Below are positions 60,603 through 64,000 of a stretch of 64,000 bases of DNA, in pieces. The position numbers and the translations under genes were made by a program. The stretch is from Heteronotia binoei (taxonomy: Eukaryota), in NCBI RefSeq assembly GCF_032191835.1, contig NC_083238.1:18228001-18292000 (forward strand), given 5' to 3'. The notes beneath the pieces are model-generated. The model saw only the letters and a list, made by a program, of their open reading frames with translations, did not search any database and was not told the DNA's origin. Numbering within the stretch: the first letter of the stretch is position 1; every line of letters begins with the position of its first letter.

Positions 60603-61489
60603 AGAATCTATCAGTAGATACTCAGAGCACACAGCAGCAGCCTTGACTGAATGTACCTTGTGCTGGGCACCAAGGTAACCTTTACAGATCCTGCTGGTTT
60701 ACCATCCGCCTAGGTTTGCTAGTAAGGTCCCTGGCTGAGTTGACCAGAGTGATCTTGGGATTTAGTGTTGAGAGCCTCAAAAAGAAGAGACGAGATTGGA
60801 TTTATACCTTGCCCTTCGCTTGGAGTCTCTCAGAGCGGTTTATAATCTCCTTCCCTTCCTCTCCCCAAAACAGACACCCTGTAAGGCAGTTGGGGCTGAG
60901 GCAGGATGATTATCCTTGAGTATTTTCACATTGTCAGGTCAGGCTCAGATCTTCATGGCTGCCATGACAGTCATTGGCCTGTGAGCAGTAAGGAGCTCAA
61001 CGCATGGAAAAGAAGATACCCTGGACCTTCTGTTTTGCACTGTTTTGCCAGTGATCTGTTTGGAGCACTGGAGGTTCAGCCCTTCTTGTGCTCAGATCGT
61101 TAAGTTTAGAATCATAGTTGAGACTGCTGTCTTTTCACTACAGGGATAGCAGATCATTTCAAGTGGTCCACCCTGGAATTAATGAATCCTGTTTGTTTCA
61201 AGGCAGTTCTGAGTTTGTTTGCATTTTTGAAAGCCTCCTTGGTGACTGTAGGGGCCTTTGCAGCTATATGGAATGATAGGTTGACTGGTGTCATAAACAT
61301 GATTGTTTGTTGGCATTTCCGTCAGTGTTCTGGTAGGCCTCCTACGCCGTAATTTTCTAGAGAACTTGGAACAGGAAGTGTATTAACTAGAGTGATGCTA
61401 GCAAAAGACTGACTCAGACAAAGCACACCATAGAGCCTTATTTGCAGGCCTGTGAACTGGTGGTGATAGCGATGAAGAAGGCAACCATT

Positions 61490-62000
61490 GTATCTGCTGA
61501 ATCTATCCCGCTCAGTTGTTTAAATGGCTTGTGACAGAGATGATGCTAGACAGAGAAGCTGATGTTTTAGAGGGGGTGGAGCCACTTGTCCTGGATGCAG
61601 TAAAGCTGGTTTTGCAGAGCAGGTTAAGAGCTTGAGGTGTTCTAGAACTCAACCTAGGCCTTGCTGTTTGAAAGGCATGTTGGAGTAGGGGCCTACAGTG
61701 TCTCCCGTCCGTTGCATCTGCTTGCCAGCTTTCTTCATTCTTAGACTCAATTGATCTGAACGTGCTGATCCATGCTTTTGTGAAATTGCGGTTGGATTGA
61801 CATACTGTGATGCTTTCTACCTTGGGCTGCTCTTGAAGATGACTCATGAACCGCAGCTGCCTCAAAATGTGACATCCCGGTTATCGTTAGGGGGGAAGCC
61901 GATGGAAACTATTTTGCCAACCTTAAAATAGCTACATAGGCTGCCAGCTTGCTTCTGATGTTTGCTTCAGGATGTTGGTTATGATATGACCTGGAAGGAG
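61490..62000 (+). mobile_element. Very degenerate L2-clade fragment
   Basis: Remnants of LIHAFV..RLD.C and ..QNV motifs. Confidence 0.55.
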
Positions 62001-62272
62001 CCTGCTTGGTGTAGTGGTTAAGTCTCTTATCTGGGAGAATCGGGTTTGATTTCCCACTCCTCCACTTGTAACTGCCGGGATGGTCTTGGGTCAGCCATAG
62101 CTTTCACAGGAGTTGTCCTTGAAAAGGCAGCTGCTATAAGAGCTCTCTCAACCCCACCTACTTCACAGGGTGTCTGTTGTGGGGGGTGGGGAAGGTAAAG
62201 GAGATTGTGACCACTCTGAGACTCTGAGATTCAGAGTATAGGGCGGGATATAAATCCAATATCTTCTTCTTA
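62000..62272 (+). mobile_element. Squam3-like SINE; another minus-strand fragment at ~60790-60905
   Basis: Head GGAGCCTGCTTGGTGTAGTGG and tail AATCCAATATCTTCTTC. Confidence 0.85.
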
Positions 62273-64000
62273 AAGCTCTGTATGACCTGGGGTCCATTTC
62301 AAAAGGAGCATTTCCTCCCATATGTCTCTGTGCACCAATTACAGTCTTTGGGCTGCCACCTACCTGTTGTTTCCCCACTGAAGGGGGCTTGCTTAGCAAA
62401 CTCCGGCGCCTGTGCCTTCTAATTGTAGTTCCCACTATTTAAGTAGGCTATTCAAGTAGGTGAGAAACACTCTACTTAGAGAAATTTTTATGAGGCACTA
62501 CAAGGTCATTTTATTTGACAGGGCTTTTAAAAGGGTATATACCGCAGGCATTTTTTTTGTGGGGGGGGAGTAATCTTTTTTTTTATTGGTTGTACATTGC
62601 AATGCTTTAATTCTTACACATAAACTGCCTTGAGCCACAAGGAAAGATGAGATATAAATATTTTAATCAGTAGTTAAGGTCAGCGATGTTTGTGGCATGC
62701 TTTTGCAGAAAACTGTAGACAAGTGGCTTTCCAGCTGGTTTGAGTTCATGCTCTGGCATCTACCAGTTTGTCATCTGCCTCTCATAGGTGCCTCTCATTG
62801 TGCCAACGAAACCCAGTGGGCATTGGAGAAGCCATTTGAGTGAGCAACTCCATATATTTCTCATGGATTTGTTATCTGTGTTTATGTGGGTGGTTAAAAT
62901 CAGCTTAACACCTGGATTTCCGTTTGCATAAGTCCTGCCACGTGGATTTCTTGATATGATTGTGCTGGCACAGCCACCAATGTGGCTACATTGGAAGCGA
63001 TAAGTACAAAAAAAATGTGCCCAGTTATTCATTTGAAATGTGCATTGGAAGAGTTCAAATAAAAGATAGATTTGGCATGCATCTTGGCTACAGTCAACCT
63101 AGTGCTTTTCAGTTTCGCACTAGCCAGTCCTTGTGCCAACGGAGCCTTCTATTCTGGAAGAAAGGAGATTTGGTCACTCATTTCTTAACCTGGCATAAGA
63201 TAGAGACTCCTCTACAATCTGATTGACTTCTGGTCCTGTAAGCCAGTAAGAGATTGCTGAGCAGACTCCAGCTAACTAGGCTTCTTAGGTAATGATTGAC
63301 AGTGCAATCTGAAGCAGGATGGCTCAGAATCTTTCAAAAATCTACTCAGCGGGGCTTAGTTTCAGAAAAATGTCCTTAGGATTGTGAGTGTCTTGGACTG
63401 TGAGTGTCTTGCATTCTGAGTGGCTTTTATTCACTTCAATGCTATCTCCCTTTACTTAAAGCATGAAGACAACACCATTTAAACGCCTGCAGTGTTGTGA
63501 CAATTTTACAGTATAAACCTTCAGGAAGAGGCTGCATTTGATGCTACCTGAGTTTAACTATTTGGCAGCCATCTGATAGCATTTTGTAGGGATTGCCAGT
63601 GATAATTAAAACAGCAACATCCTTCCTTGTCCTCTTCTATCTGCTGCTCAGAACAGGTGAGGCTCAATGTCAGGAGCTGTCTCCAATGGAATGAGGTCAG
63701 TGATCCATCCATTTGCAGCACCGTCAGTGCTGATGGTTTTCCTGGGCTTGCTACTTGAAACATTTTTTTAACTGGAGACTTGAGAATCTGCATTGTAGTG
63801 TAAGTGTGTGCTGAACTCCTGATCGGCAAGGGAGGATCTGCCGCCTCATTCCAATCAGGGCATGATGGCATGTAATAGCTGCAGAACCGCCTCATTGTCA
63901 TGAGTGGGTGCTCTCCATTTTGACATACAGCAAGCGGTTATCGTAAATTGCAGTTGTAGAAACATTTTCAGAGACACTTCTGAAGATAACGGTGCTGCAT

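Noticed and set aside
63620-63662. 5-nt microexon AACAG between a pyrimidine tract and GTGAGG
   Set aside because: Not frame-preserving, with no supporting gene context.

Overview
Vertebrate genomic DNA, most likely a gekkotan lizard, inferred from its SINE repertoire: Squam3/Ther1-like, Anolis-SINE2-like tRNA SINE, Sauria-SINE core and 5S-derived SINEs. The window is repeat-dense and I could not name any host gene; only low-confidence exon candidates are visible. Main contents: (i) two diverged Ngaro-like (DIRS-order) tyrosine-recombinase retrotransposons. One is a ~5.6 kb degenerate copy at 40.5-46.1 kb (gag-like/Zn-knuckle, RT, RNase H, YR and an SGNH/GDSL hydrolase behind a strong splice acceptor); the other is the 5' end of a second copy at 1-1.6 kb with an exactly 50-bp-phased palindromic E-box repeat. 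(ii) A 2.6 kb array of 91-bp units with higher-order variant patterns, bracketed by a 53-bp direct repeat. (iii) A young 5'-truncated RTE LINE with an uninterrupted ORF and 13-bp TSD. (iv) Four unrelated solo LTRs with perfect 5-bp TSDs within 8 kb. (v) Many SINEs (some with recurrent dimer junctions), hAT- and Harbinger-type MITEs, L1/L2/CR1/Penelope remnants and microsatellites. No CRISPR array, true tRNA or true rRNA gene is supported. All family assignments come from motif recognition by eye; no database search was run.
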